Source: a virus
Lineage: Duplodnaviria; Caudoviricetes
Virus record (IMG/VR): IMGVR_UViG_3300022201_000072
Coordinates: 1-57,371 of that record
Direction: 5' to 3' (one strand)
Length of the DNA: 57,371 nucleotides
Shown here: positions 44,227-53,463 of the stretch, one piece after another
Position numbering within the stretch: the first letter of the stretch is position 1
Layout: every line of letters starts with the position of its first letter
The notes under the pieces: generated by a model
What the model saw: the letters and a program-made list of their open reading frames with translations, nothing else
What the model was told of the DNA's origin: nothing
The model's database searches: none
Made by a program: the position numbers and the translations under genes

Positions 44227-44708
44227 CTTGATCCAATTTGTTGCTTTATATTTTGGAGAAAAGCCACTTCAACGTCTTTCTGCTTATCTTCAACCGTTAC
44301 GCTAATATGCGGCCTTGCGTCCATTTTCACAGAACCGTCTTCATTTTCTGTACCTTTTTCTAACCATTTTCCATATTTTAGAGTGTCCTTGTTGCCCTCC
44401 CCAAACTCCATTTCATATGACCCTTTATTAGAAGCTTTACCTCTAACCTTATAATTCACGCTTCTGGCCAAATCGCCAGATAGTTTTGCAGGTGGCTCAC
44501 CGGCAGCAGAAGCTTGATGGCGCCTACCGTTTATAGTGTAAATCCTTCCTGTACGCGGTCCTGTTCTAAGCATCTTTCTTAAATGACGAACGTTATCTTT
44601 ACCGATTTCATAAAGAGTCTTTCTTATAGCTCGATTATGAGGCTTTTCGATATCGATTAATTCAACCATCACTTTTTGACTTCCTTTATTCAGTGTAACT
44701 TTTATCAT
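44223..44708 (-). CDS. HK97 gp10-like neck protein
   Basis: HQASAAGEPPAKLSGDLARS, YGKWLEKGT..KMDARP. Confidence 0.85.
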   Translation of the reverse strand: MIKVTLNKGSQKVMVELIDIEKPHNRAIRKTLYEIGKDNVRHLRKMLRTGPRTGRIYTINGRRHQASAAGEPPAKLSGDLARSVNYKVRGKASNKGSYEMEFGEGNKDTLKYGKWLEKGTENEDGSVKMDARPHISVTVEDKQKDVEVAFLQNIKQQIGSR

Positions 44709-45130
44709 TGATTGGCCTCAAGCGTATCTTCGCCCATCAAAACACAATAGAGTACAAGAAATCTTTGCCGTTTGTCTGGATCATCTGTGCTCTTAATCTC
44801 GTAGTTGTAGCCTATTGCCGTTTTAGGGTCCGTGTAGTTGACGATATTCTCTGTGTCAATATCCGTTCGGTATCTTATTGTGAATAGATCCGTTATAGAT
44901 TCATCAACCCCTACATTTGAAAATATTTCATTTCCGCCGGTAAATCTTGAAGAACTTACAACAGTATCGACCTTTGACCAAACCTGCGCCACTTCCGTAT
45001 AAGATTCAGTAAAATTAGCCGTTCCGAAAACAGGCGGAGTAATGGCCCTCTCCATTAATCGTATTCTCGTGCGCATATCGCCTATTTGCGGAGATTTCGA
45101 TTTTCTTCGTTTTACGGTTAATTTACCCAT
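44705..45130 (-). CDS. Head closure/stopper (SPP1 gp16-like)
   Basis: IGDMRTRIRL, VWSKV, FTIRYR. Confidence 0.85.
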   Translation of the reverse strand: MGKLTVKRRKSKSPQIGDMRTRIRLMERAITPPVFGTANFTESYTEVAQVWSKVDTVVSSSRFTGGNEIFSNVGVDESITDLFTIRYRTDIDTENIVNYTDPKTAIGYNYEIKSTDDPDKRQRFLVLYCVLMGEDTLEANQ

Positions 45131-45713
45131 AAGCGTTAACTATCCTGTAGCCTTTCATTATCATTTTCGTTTCAAACGGCATTTCTTGTTCTGCATCAGT
45201 AGAGACATCACCTCTATTCTCGTACCAAAACAACACAAGTTGTTGTATGGCTGTTTTTATATCTTCCGGTACGTTTGCAGCCGCCCCGTAACCCGCTACG
45301 AATGATACCTCTATAGGATACGGCATATTTAAAGAGGCGTTAAAATTTGTATCGATGCTTGATTCGATTAATATTCTTGAAAATGACGATTTGTTCTTGA
45401 TATAGTAATCGGTGCCTTCCACAAGCGCCACCCCGTTAGCTGTAACAGACGAAACACTTATAAGAGGTGACCTTTTAATTTCAATATAAGGTAAAGGCTC
45501 ATAGATAGACGAGCAAACACTATCAAATTTACCGGTTATCGTGCGCTCAACAAACAGCCTATTTGTCATTTTCTCAAGCCGTATTGTTGCTGCGACTATC
45601 AGCGCCGTAACTAACGCGGTATCAGTCGCCATGATATCCCTACACCAATTGGCCGCTGTCGAATAGTCAATCGGTTGCGACACGGGCGGCGTCGTCACTA
45701 CGTAAAAATCCAT
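45123..45713 (-). CDS. Head-tail adaptor (gp6/gp15-like)
   Basis: FVAGYG..VPEDIKTAI..LVLFWYENRG. Confidence 0.9.
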   Translation of the reverse strand: MDFYVVTTPPVSQPIDYSTAANWCRDIMATDTALVTALIVAATIRLEKMTNRLFVERTITGKFDSVCSSIYEPLPYIEIKRSPLISVSSVTANGVALVEGTDYYIKNKSSFSRILIESSIDTNFNASLNMPYPIEVSFVAGYGAAANVPEDIKTAIQQLVLFWYENRGDVSTDAEQEMPFETKMIMKGYRIVNAYG

Positions 45714-45748
45714 ATATTTATAATGTCTTTATTGTTATTGTGCTGTTA

Positions 45749-46141
45749 TTAGTATTGTAACCCGTCCATATCCGCGTCGGATTTAAGGTCTATCAATTCC
45801 TCTATCATATTCTCGACGCTCAACTGTTTACTGACCTTTTTACCTAAATTAATTTCACCCCAGTTTTGTAATATCTGTTTTTTTTCTTGCGTGATATCGG
45901 TTTTAGATGTCAGTTCGTATAGCTCAGACTCTAATGTGCCCTCTTCTTCTTCTTCTTCTTCTTCTTCTTCTTCTTCTCCTTCCACCTCTTCGTCCGTTTC
46001 TTCTGCAAACCCATAGCTTATCAGTCTTTCGATATGATCCGGGTTATCTGTTACGTATAATTCCCCCTCTTCAAAATCTATAATCGGCCCCCAAGCATGG
46101 TGGAGTGCGACTTTACCGGTTTTAAGAATCTTCAAGTTCAT
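45749..46141 (-). CDS. Acidic protein with a poly-Glu tract
   Basis: (GAA)n tract at ~45943-45976; lies in the head-completion region. Confidence 0.65.
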   Translation of the reverse strand: MNLKILKTGKVALHHAWGPIIDFEEGELYVTDNPDHIERLISYGFAEETDEEVEGEEEEEEEEEEEEGTLESELYELTSKTDITQEKKQILQNWGEINLGKKVSKQLSVENMIEELIDLKSDADMDGLQY

Positions 46142-46160
46142 TTTTTTTTATATCGAATGT

Positions 46161-46182
46161 AGCGGAGCTATTCGGCCCCGCT
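46161..46182 (-). terminator. Hairpin after the capsid/decoration genes
   Basis: AGCGGGGC..GCTCCGCT stem on the minus strand. Confidence 0.5.
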
Positions 46183-46216
46183 GTTAAAAGAATATCTTGA
46201 TTAAAACTCTATATCT

Positions 46217-46624
46217 CTATTGATTGGGCGTCGGTTGGTGCATTGGGAAGACTCTAATTACAGACCCCGCCAAAGTACCGCCGGTAGACGTCCCAGTAGA
46301 GACTACAGAGGCCCTTACATAACGCTTTTTACCTATGTATCCTATTCGCTTAGCCGTATTATCATCAGCGGCGACGAACGAAATACTTCCCAAGGTTTCG
46401 TCTGCAGAAACAGCGGCGGCGTCAGCTAACGCCGCGTCGTCTCCTTCTTCAAGGGATACGGTATAAGTGCCGTCTGTAATAGTCCCCGACTGAAAAATAA
46501 ATTCCAAAGCTTCAAACGTCATCGTATCAATTATGTTCCCGGCAGTTGTCGTATCGGTGGATACTGCTTGACTGTTAAAAGCGCTATCTACCAACGATTT
46601 ATAATGTATTTCGCCTACTAACAT
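46217..46624 (-). CDS. Probable capsid decoration/cement protein
   Basis: Follows the MCP; IDT..F...GYIGKKRYVR pattern. Confidence 0.65.
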   Translation of the reverse strand: MLVGEIHYKSLVDSAFNSQAVSTDTTTAGNIIDTMTFEALEFIFQSGTITDGTYTVSLEEGDDAALADAAAVSADETLGSISFVAADDNTAKRIGYIGKKRYVRASVVSTGTSTGGTLAGSVIRVFPMHQPTPNQ

Positions 46625-46671
46625 TTTATTTCTCCTATATTAATGTTATTGTTGTTATCCACAAGATTCGA

Positions 46672-47877
46672 TTACGCTTTTATCTTTAATGCAACAAAAG
46701 CTTCAGGAAGAACGACTTGACCGGTATTATACCGATAAAAGGTCATCTCAATTATGGCCTTTCTCTTCTGTGAGTAATCGTCTCTTATCACAGTCATACC
46801 GGTTCTATCTATAACGGTATACCCCCGCATAAAATCGGCATAAATTATAGGCAGCGCTCCAACGGCTATGCTAGGCATATCTTGCATAAGAATATACGGG
46901 TCGCCAGCAATTAAATTGGGTGCAGAGGGGCCCAAACTAGATTGCCATATATAATGTCCGTCTGACCCTTGCAAAGTCCGAAGAAAAGCCAAAGTTTGTC
47001 TATTAAAAGCAAACATTGGATTTTGGCCAACTTTCAATTGACCCGTAAGCAATAGAAGATCGTTTCCTTCAACCACGCCCGACCCGATAGTGTCAACGGC
47101 GCCTGCAACAATAGAGGCGTTTACAAGAAAACCTTCCGGCTGCTTAGATCCGGTCCCCAGTACAAATTTATTCCCTTCCTTTTGCGCGAAAGCTAAAGCG
47201 TTATCTGAATTAATTTCAGCTTCCAGAGGGAACTCCGAATCTCCTAATTGATCGGCTGTATAACCGACGGTATTTGTCAATCTATACGCCGTCATTTGCT
47301 CATTGGCGTATACACTTTGACTGTCCTGGCCTTCTTCGGCCTCACCCTCGTAAAACGCCTCTGGAATGGTTGTTCTTACTGCCATCTCGAAAGTCTTTTT
47401 TGATACGGTCTTTACCCTAGATACTTGACGAACTGGAGAGATTTCGATAATCTCTTTCAGCATTACGCTATCCATTTCAGTTGTGGTTAGATATCCACCG
47501 GTTGGACCGCTATCCATTCGCAACACCTTTCTTTCTTCAAGCGCAAGCTCTTCGTGGCCAAAACGCATCGCCTTCATTAACGACTTGTATTCTGGGGTGT
47601 CTTTATAGCTGCCAATACCGCGTTGGGCGCTTTTAGCGACTACAAGCTCTAAAGATTCAATCCTTTCTTTTAACTCAATGGCTTTCTTTTTTTCTTCAGT
47701 TAATTCCGACACAATGGAAGCGCTCTTTTTTTCGTTCGCTTCCAACGTTGCTGAAACTCGGTCAACAGCCTCTTTGTAATCATTTGACTCTTTTCCGTAA
47801 TTCTCGAATTTTACTCTCAATTCATCGACCGCCGCTTTTACATCCTCCGGCTGTACGTTTTTAGATTCATCTCCCAT
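46672..47877 (-). CDS. HK97-fold major capsid protein with delta domain
   Basis: N-terminal coiled coil, GGYL, FVLGTGSKQPEG, SDGHYIWQ, ADFMRGY. Confidence 0.95.
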   Translation of the reverse strand: MGDESKNVQPEDVKAAVDELRVKFENYGKESNDYKEAVDRVSATLEANEKKSASIVSELTEEKKKAIELKERIESLELVVAKSAQRGIGSYKDTPEYKSLMKAMRFGHEELALEERKVLRMDSGPTGGYLTTTEMDSVMLKEIIEISPVRQVSRVKTVSKKTFEMAVRTTIPEAFYEGEAEEGQDSQSVYANEQMTAYRLTNTVGYTADQLGDSEFPLEAEINSDNALAFAQKEGNKFVLGTGSKQPEGFLVNASIVAGAVDTIGSGVVEGNDLLLLTGQLKVGQNPMFAFNRQTLAFLRTLQGSDGHYIWQSSLGPSAPNLIAGDPYILMQDMPSIAVGALPIIYADFMRGYTVIDRTGMTVIRDDYSQKRKAIIEMTFYRYNTGQVVLPEAFVALKIKA

Positions 47878-47885
47878 TTTTTATC

Positions 47886-48635
47886 CTATATTTTTATAGT
47901 TTTAATTGATCGTAGAATATCGCTCCAACCGTCATCTATCCAACCGTCATCTATTGCCGTAATACGGCCAACCTCTCGTTGACCCTCTTCAGAGTTTTCT
48001 GAATCGTCGCGATTCTTAGACCCCTTAATTAGCGACACCATACGTTTTGATTGGCTTCTACTTAATTTAATGCCTGAATGAAATAAATTTTCTAACGTTC
48101 TAGCATCCATAAGATCAATGTCGTCAACGGACACTATACCCTCTGATTTTATCTGTGCCCTTTCATTCATGGGGATTGTGACCAATGACCCTTCCCAAAG
48201 GAACACTTTTTTAAGCACCCTGATATCATCCTGGAATTCAACATCGTCCATACTCATTACAGAATAACCAATAGACATGCTGTTAATGGATTTAACGCGC
48301 ATCTGCGGGATAATTCTTTCCCGAACAAAACTATCCTCTTTTGGCATTTTGGCGCTTATGTCAAGCCCGATATTATCCTCTGCTAATTTCGTAAAAACGC
48401 CCAATGGCGGGTCATCACTTTCATGCGACCATAACAAAGAGGGCGTGTGCTCTTCTAATGAATCCAAAAAAGCCCCTTTCATTACGACGTCTCCCCCGCG
48501 ATCAACATTTCCAAAAGTGGACAGATACCCTTTGAAATAGAAATAATCATCGTCTTCATCAAATTTCTTTACTTCTAAAGGGAAAGTTTTATATTCGACT
48601 TGTACCCTTACGCCGTCCTTATATTCGTATCTCAT
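47886..48635 (-). CDS. HK97-family prohead protease
   Basis: GYLSTFGNVDRGGDVVMKGAF, LLWSH, SIGY, LWEGSLVTIPMN; start 48635. Confidence 0.93.
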   Translation of the reverse strand: MRYEYKDGVRVQVEYKTFPLEVKKFDEDDDYFYFKGYLSTFGNVDRGGDVVMKGAFLDSLEEHTPSLLWSHESDDPPLGVFTKLAEDNIGLDISAKMPKEDSFVRERIIPQMRVKSINSMSIGYSVMSMDDVEFQDDIRVLKKVFLWEGSLVTIPMNERAQIKSEGIVSVDDIDLMDARTLENLFHSGIKLSRSQSKRMVSLIKGSKNRDDSENSEEGQREVGRITAIDDGWIDDGWSDILRSIKTIKI

Positions 48636-49441
48636 CGCCTCACCCTTATAATGCTGAAAAATTGCGAACATCTACAATTAGCTAAGTTTTTTAATGTTGC
48701 GCCTAAACTTGAATCACCTGGATACATTAACAGTTCGCCACCAACAAAAAAAGCTTGATTAATCGGAACTCTTTGACCGCCCGCCGCTGAATGTATCGGT
48801 CTCACTAAACTATCACCCACCGTCAACCACATTTTTATTGACTGTGACAATACGGCTAAGCCAGTAACCTTTACAATTGTCATGGGGTCGATGCCTGCCA
48901 AAGTCGTGGCCTCCATTATTCGTGTGCTTTCTGCGCTGGATTGCGTCTCTGTCATTGCTATTGCATTGACTCTGCCCGCCGATTTTCGTTTAAAAAGGGC
49001 CGCGCTTGTCAATCCGAGTGATACGTTGTCCGTGTCCAGATCTTGATCTTGATGCATCTCCCTTGCTTGTGATAATGATTCATCTAATTGTCTTTGATTC
49101 GTGGCCGTTATTATTTGCGAATTCTTTTCCGCTCGTTCAGTCCTCCATAATAACAAAGCCGTTAATAAAAGCCGTTTCTCGTCATCTGAAAGCCCTCTAT
49201 CATCTTCCGGTAACGTCAACTCAACGTCACCCTCGAAAGCATCCTGAACCCTCGCGTATTGCTTTCTTAACAGCGCTTGCCATTCACCTTTATACTCATT
49301 TGCATCAAGTGTTCTTCCCCGCAAAGAAATAACACTCGTATTGTCTTTATTCATGCGAGCGAATAGGCTTTTTATTTCGACAATAAATTGTTTCTCCAGT
49401 TGTATCTTTTTTTCTTCCGCCGTCTGCGCAGCTTCCGCCAT
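48632..49441 (-). CDS. Mu gpF/SPP1 gp7-like head morphogenesis protein
   Basis: IAMTET, KMWLTVGDSLVRPIH, YPGD, NCRC. Confidence 0.88.
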   Translation of the reverse strand: MAEAAQTAEEKKIQLEKQFIVEIKSLFARMNKDNTSVISLRGRTLDANEYKGEWQALLRKQYARVQDAFEGDVELTLPEDDRGLSDDEKRLLLTALLLWRTERAEKNSQIITATNQRQLDESLSQAREMHQDQDLDTDNVSLGLTSAALFKRKSAGRVNAIAMTETQSSAESTRIMEATTLAGIDPMTIVKVTGLAVLSQSIKMWLTVGDSLVRPIHSAAGGQRVPINQAFFVGGELLMYPGDSSLGATLKNLANCRCSQFFSIIRVRR

Positions 49442-49442
49442 G

Positions 49443-49559
49443 TTACAGCCCTAAAAAATACGTAACCACATCAAAAACTACATACAGGATAGCTGGAACG
49501 CCAACACAAGCTAAAACTACCAATATATTAAACAAACTGTTTATGCTTTGGTGATTCAT
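49443..49559 (-). CDS. Small single-TM protein (38 aa), not in the ORF track
   Basis: Hand-translated MNHQSINSLFNILVVLACVGVPAILYVVF...; ATGA coupling; fills the gap exactly. Confidence 0.55.
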   Translation of the reverse strand: MNHQSINSLFNILVVLACVGVPAILYVVFDVVTYFLGL

Positions 49560-49756
49560 TCAGCACCCTCCATTGCGGCTCTGACAAAGCAATCTTTGGC
49601 CTCTAATAACTTCCTGAGTCCGGCGGATTTTTCCGGGCAATCAGGAAGCGCCATATTATATTCAATGGCCATATTGCATATAGGCTTACTTGTATCGAAA
49701 AGCTTACCTTTAAGATGCGAAAAAGAAAAAAACTTCATTATTGGATTGTGGCCCAT
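49556..49756 (-). CDS. Conserved 66-aa helical phage protein (possible Acb2/Tad1-like hairpin)
   Basis: FFSFSHL..SKP...LPDCPEKSAGLRKLLEAKDCFVRA; start 49756 after AGGA. Confidence 0.75.
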   Translation of the reverse strand: MGHNPIMKFFSFSHLKGKLFDTSKPICNMAIEYNMALPDCPEKSAGLRKLLEAKDCFVRAAMEGAE

Positions 49757-49757
49757 T

Positions 49758-51095
49758 TTATGTCCTATTATTATCGTCTGTGAAAAGGTCTGTACCAATC
49801 GGGACTAGATTGGCCGGTTGATATAGCGTGTTGCCGCCCTCGTCGGTTAACGGTTCCCGCCCTGGAAGCAGAGATCTTAATTCGTTAGTTGTTTCAACTG
49901 CTATTCTCTTTCTCTTCTCTACTTCGCTCAGCATACGCTGTTTAAGCGCGTTAATCGATTCAGGGTTGTAAGTGATGCGCTCTTTTAAAGGGTCTTTCTT
50001 ATATCTTGGCATAAGCAGAAAAGACAATCCTGAAAAGATAGTATCCGCGTTAGGTAAAACAGCGTCATCGTAAAACAACTCTATTGCCGTAATCATGTTA
50101 TTAAACGTACTAGCATCATTCGTAACTAGCGGTAGAGGTATTCTATATCGAAGATACACCGCAGCGGACGCCATATTCGTCATATTAACATAATCCATGT
50201 CTTTGTTGTTGACGCCGAACTCAGTTACATTTGATACGTCTGCATTTGACATGACGCCTATTTTACCGGCGTTATTCGCTCCGCCGTATTGCTCGTTAAT
50301 TCTTTGAATACGCTCGTTATGTTCATCAATGTTTACTTCATCATTGTCATTGAAGAAAATAAGCAACGATAGCCTTCCGCCATTATTTAATAGTTGCAAA
50401 TTATGATATTTACCTTGTATCAACTGTCTTGCCTCAAGCGCTGCCGCTTGCAAAGGTGAATCTGATTCAGTCTGATCGAATCTTGATGAGTATCCTCTTA
50501 TATGATATATCTCCTTTAAAGGCCCGTCATAAAATCTTATATCGTTCCTTCCAGTGGTTTCTCGTTCATAGCTGCCCGGCAGAACGCCTCTTGTTGCAAT
50601 ATAACTGCGCGGGTAATCGTCCATATCTTGCACAATAGATACGTTCTGAAGAGATACAGGCCATATTTCAAGAGGTGGGGAATTAACATTGCCCGCCAGT
50701 GTCATAAGACTATCGTGTTTAAGCAGATAGTTACGAGCAACGGCGCCAATGAAATCGCGCCAATGGTTAAACCCGTTCGGTTTACTGAGAATGTCAAGAA
50801 CAGGGTGTGTATCAACAAATTTACCGTCCGCCGTCTGAACAACCGGTTTAATCTGTTCGATAGCGTCAGCGATCATATCCACCGCCGTTGCTACTGCCGA
50901 ACTTTCGCGATAAAAACCCATAGCTTGCGCCGCTGACACGTATCCGCGACCGCCGAAAACATACTCCATAAATGATCCGGGTTGCAGACTATATACGTGG
51001 CTCTTTCTCTGAATATTTTCCTTAATATCTCTTGACTCAACCTTTGGCTCAACCTTTGGCTCAGCCGACTTAAAGATATTAAACAGGCTCTTCAT
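49758..51095 (-). CDS. Portal protein (HK97 family)
   Basis: VATAVDMIA, LSKPN, SPLQAA, GANNAGK, TTNELR. Confidence 0.92.
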   Translation of the reverse strand: MKSLFNIFKSAEPKVEPKVESRDIKENIQRKSHVYSLQPGSFMEYVFGGRGYVSAAQAMGFYRESSAVATAVDMIADAIEQIKPVVQTADGKFVDTHPVLDILSKPNGFNHWRDFIGAVARNYLLKHDSLMTLAGNVNSPPLEIWPVSLQNVSIVQDMDDYPRSYIATRGVLPGSYERETTGRNDIRFYDGPLKEIYHIRGYSSRFDQTESDSPLQAAALEARQLIQGKYHNLQLLNNGGRLSLLIFFNDNDEVNIDEHNERIQRINEQYGGANNAGKIGVMSNADVSNVTEFGVNNKDMDYVNMTNMASAAVYLRYRIPLPLVTNDASTFNNMITAIELFYDDAVLPNADTIFSGLSFLLMPRYKKDPLKERITYNPESINALKQRMLSEVEKRKRIAVETTNELRSLLPGREPLTDEGGNTLYQPANLVPIGTDLFTDDNNRT

Positions 51096-51336
51096 CTATG
51101 TCCTTTTTTATGTCTGACACGTTACGTTCCATATATTCCGTTAACAGTTTGAAACCTTCTGTCTCAGCCTCATTTGTAAACCCCCTGAATTTACATCTAG
51201 CCGGGATTACTTCAAGAAGATTGCCGTTATTATCGTATTTAAAGCAGACCGCCCACCCAAAAAGATGGAGCGCTCTGTTTATCCACCACAACAGGCCGGA
51301 TTCTTTAAATTCATCCCAAGTTCGTTTTTCAATCAT
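51079..51336 (-). CDS. Conserved phage hypothetical protein (GLLWxIN..LHxFGW..PAR..FRGF family)
   Basis: Recognisable motif string; inserted between terL and portal. Confidence 0.75.
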   Translation of the reverse strand: MIEKRTWDEFKESGLLWWINRALHLFGWAVCFKYDNNGNLLEVIPARCKFRGFTNEAETEGFKLLTEYMERNVSDIKKDIDEEPV

Positions 51337-52949
51337 ATTAGTACCTTTGCAGATCTAACGGGCCAATACAGCATCATTACAGCGTCAGCCTTGTTCGGCG
51401 ACTTTGCCCCCTTTGGTTTTTTATCGATTATAATCTTCCCCGAATTGTTAGTTGAGTATGTTGGTTGTGATAATTGCTTAACTAAATCATGCACTTTTGG
51501 TATTTTTGATGAGATGCTTATCAGCTCGTCTACCGGGTACACCTCCCCGAATTTAACAGATTTATATGTTTTTTCGAATCGAGTTCTCAATTGCCACCAT
51601 CCTTGTGATTTTAGATTCTCATAGAAATCTTTATTCTTTCTCGATTTCTTATCACCTTTAATTATTGGCGCTTTCGGTCTCAATGGTGACGCTGTCGCAC
51701 ACCAAGGCAGTATCTTTATTTCGTCTTTACTTAAAATATTCTCTTTAATGAGACGGTTACATTCCGATTTTACTCCGGCTCCTACGCCTATCGAATCGTA
51801 TTGAAAGTTTGTTGCGCCTGCCTGCCTGCATTTAAATATAGATTTTCTTGTCGACTCTCCTACGTCTGAGTGTTCGCCTCTCCAATCTTCACAAGCTGTC
51901 AACAGTATCCCAGTTTTTACGGCCAGTGCATTAGCGTCGTTTCCTTCATCCGCTACGTCCAGCGCGGCGCTTGTCATGCCCTCAATCTCTAAACCTAACT
52001 TTATGTGCGCATCAAGCGCAGCCTTAACCCATGCGCCTGTTATAACCACCCCCTCTACCGCCGCCGTCGTATCTCTATCTATCTCCTGTGCCACAACATG
52101 AGAAAGGCCCTCTCGTTCTGCTTTTGCGACTTTCTGATCGTACCATTCTTGCGTTTTAAGCGGGTGGTCCTGCCAATCCATGTAAAATACCCGCGTTATT
52201 TTGGGCGGTATGTTGTGGCCTTCAAACCATTCCTCTCCTGCTTCTACGCGCCTATCAAACACCGTTCCGGGGCCGTTAACAGATGAAATGTCAATCTGTA
52301 TATCTGTATTCTCGCTAAGTGACGACTCTATAAGCTCAGGCCGCTCATAATGGCTAGATTCATCTTTGAAGTACATCTTAGTACGTCCGCCCCTGCCTAT
52401 TTGGTCGCCAGCCTCGCCCTTGATAATGTTGCCATTAACGGGGTTTATTATTTTTCTGTGTGAGAAACAATTTTCGCTAAAACCGGAAGGCTGAAAGAAA
52501 CTAGGAAGATTTCGTATAAAAATCCTCATCTTCTCAAATATACTATCCGGGTCTTTCGAGCTATCAACAAGCTCTTCTTTTCTACTCCCCCAGCCTATCG
52601 CTAAACCCTCCACAAATGTCCAGCCCCAAACAGAAAAGCCCCCGGCACCCCATGTAGCGCCGTAATCCCTGCACTTCTCTGCAGCTCCACTTTCACCGGT
52701 CAGAAAGCAATCGTACAAAAAATTAATGAACTCTATTTGCCGCTTAAACAGAACAAACGGCATAAGCGCCGGCACCCCTGTACCGGCGTTTCTAGGGTCA
52801 TATGTGACTCCCCAGTCATTTATAAACGCCGCCGGTCTCGTGCTGTAGTAATTATACGCGCTCTTAATCAGCTTCTTATTGCCTTTCAGCATTAAGAAAC
52901 GGCGCTGTCTCTCCTTATTTATCGCATTATAGTCCGGTCGTTTTGGCAT
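51333..52949 (-). CDS. Terminase large subunit
   Basis: EKCRDYGATW, GRGGR..YFKDE, ALDVADEGND, YDSIGVGAG, SPNKADA. Confidence 0.92.
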   Translation of the reverse strand: MPKRPDYNAINKERQRRFLMLKGNKKLIKSAYNYYSTRPAAFINDWGVTYDPRNAGTGVPALMPFVLFKRQIEFINFLYDCFLTGESGAAEKCRDYGATWGAGGFSVWGWTFVEGLAIGWGSRKEELVDSSKDPDSIFEKMRIFIRNLPSFFQPSGFSENCFSHRKIINPVNGNIIKGEAGDQIGRGGRTKMYFKDESSHYERPELIESSLSENTDIQIDISSVNGPGTVFDRRVEAGEEWFEGHNIPPKITRVFYMDWQDHPLKTQEWYDQKVAKAEREGLSHVVAQEIDRDTTAAVEGVVITGAWVKAALDAHIKLGLEIEGMTSAALDVADEGNDANALAVKTGILLTACEDWRGEHSDVGESTRKSIFKCRQAGATNFQYDSIGVGAGVKSECNRLIKENILSKDEIKILPWCATASPLRPKAPIIKGDKKSRKNKDFYENLKSQGWWQLRTRFEKTYKSVKFGEVYPVDELISISSKIPKVHDLVKQLSQPTYSTNNSGKIIIDKKPKGAKSPNKADAVMMLYWPVRSAKVLI

Positions 52950-52961
52950 TCTTTTACAGCT

Positions 52962-53282
52962 CTATCGATTTCCAGATAGTACCTTCATCGCTGTATGCTT
53001 ATTCGCGAATATACCGGTCTTAAACCCGTACCCTCTAACGATATCGTATATCTCGTCCATCATTGGCTCAAGCCCTTCAATCGATTCGATGCAATCCGCT
53101 TTACACACAAGATGGATATACAGATCGTCTCCGCGCTCCCATGGCGGCGATTTAACTTTTTTAACGTAAGCGTCTTTTATCTCGCTCATGCAGTCGTCAA
53201 TATCGTCTCCGCTATCGATAACCATCTGAACATAATCTTTAATTAGTTCTTTATAACCTTCACTACCTCTAATATCATGCAT
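52962..53282 (-). CDS. Hypothetical acidic protein
   Basis: ORF between the tRNA and terL. Confidence 0.65.
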   Translation of the reverse strand: MHDIRGSEGYKELIKDYVQMVIDSGDDIDDCMSEIKDAYVKKVKSPPWERGDDLYIHLVCKADCIESIEGLEPMMDEIYDIVRGYGFKTGIFANKHTAMKVLSGNR

Positions 53283-53391
53283 ATTTTCCGATTAGTTTAT
53301 TTTTATATGTAGGTCTTTTAATTTTCGTCACGTCTCACGACGTTACGTTTAACCGCATATCGACCCCTATATGATGTTCGACCGTTCTTCG

Positions 53392-53462
53392 ATGCGGGTC
53401 CGGGAATCGAACCCGGCTATATAGCGCATGAGGCTATCAGTCAACCAATGACTCAACCCGCA
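53392..53462 (-). tRNA. tRNA with CAT anticodon (Met, possibly Ile2)
   Basis: Full cloverleaf: TGCGGGT/ACCCGCA, AGTC/GACT, ATAGC-CTCATGC-GCTAT, CCGGG-TTCGATT-CCCGG; CCA not encoded. Confidence 0.9.
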
Positions 53463-53463
53463 C

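Noticed and set aside
45943-45976. (TTC)n microsatellite as a contingency locus
   Set aside because: Triplet repeat encoding poly-Glu; length change would not shift the frame
47925-51062. Short in-frame duplications (IDDGW x2 in the protease, EPKV x2 in the portal)
   Set aside because: Slippage duplications in disordered termini; no evidence of a mobile-element target-site duplication
53300-53391. Hammerhead, pistol or theta ribozyme call for the tRNA trailer
   Set aside because: GACGAAA is present but CUGANGA and the other required core elements are not; kept only as an unassigned structure
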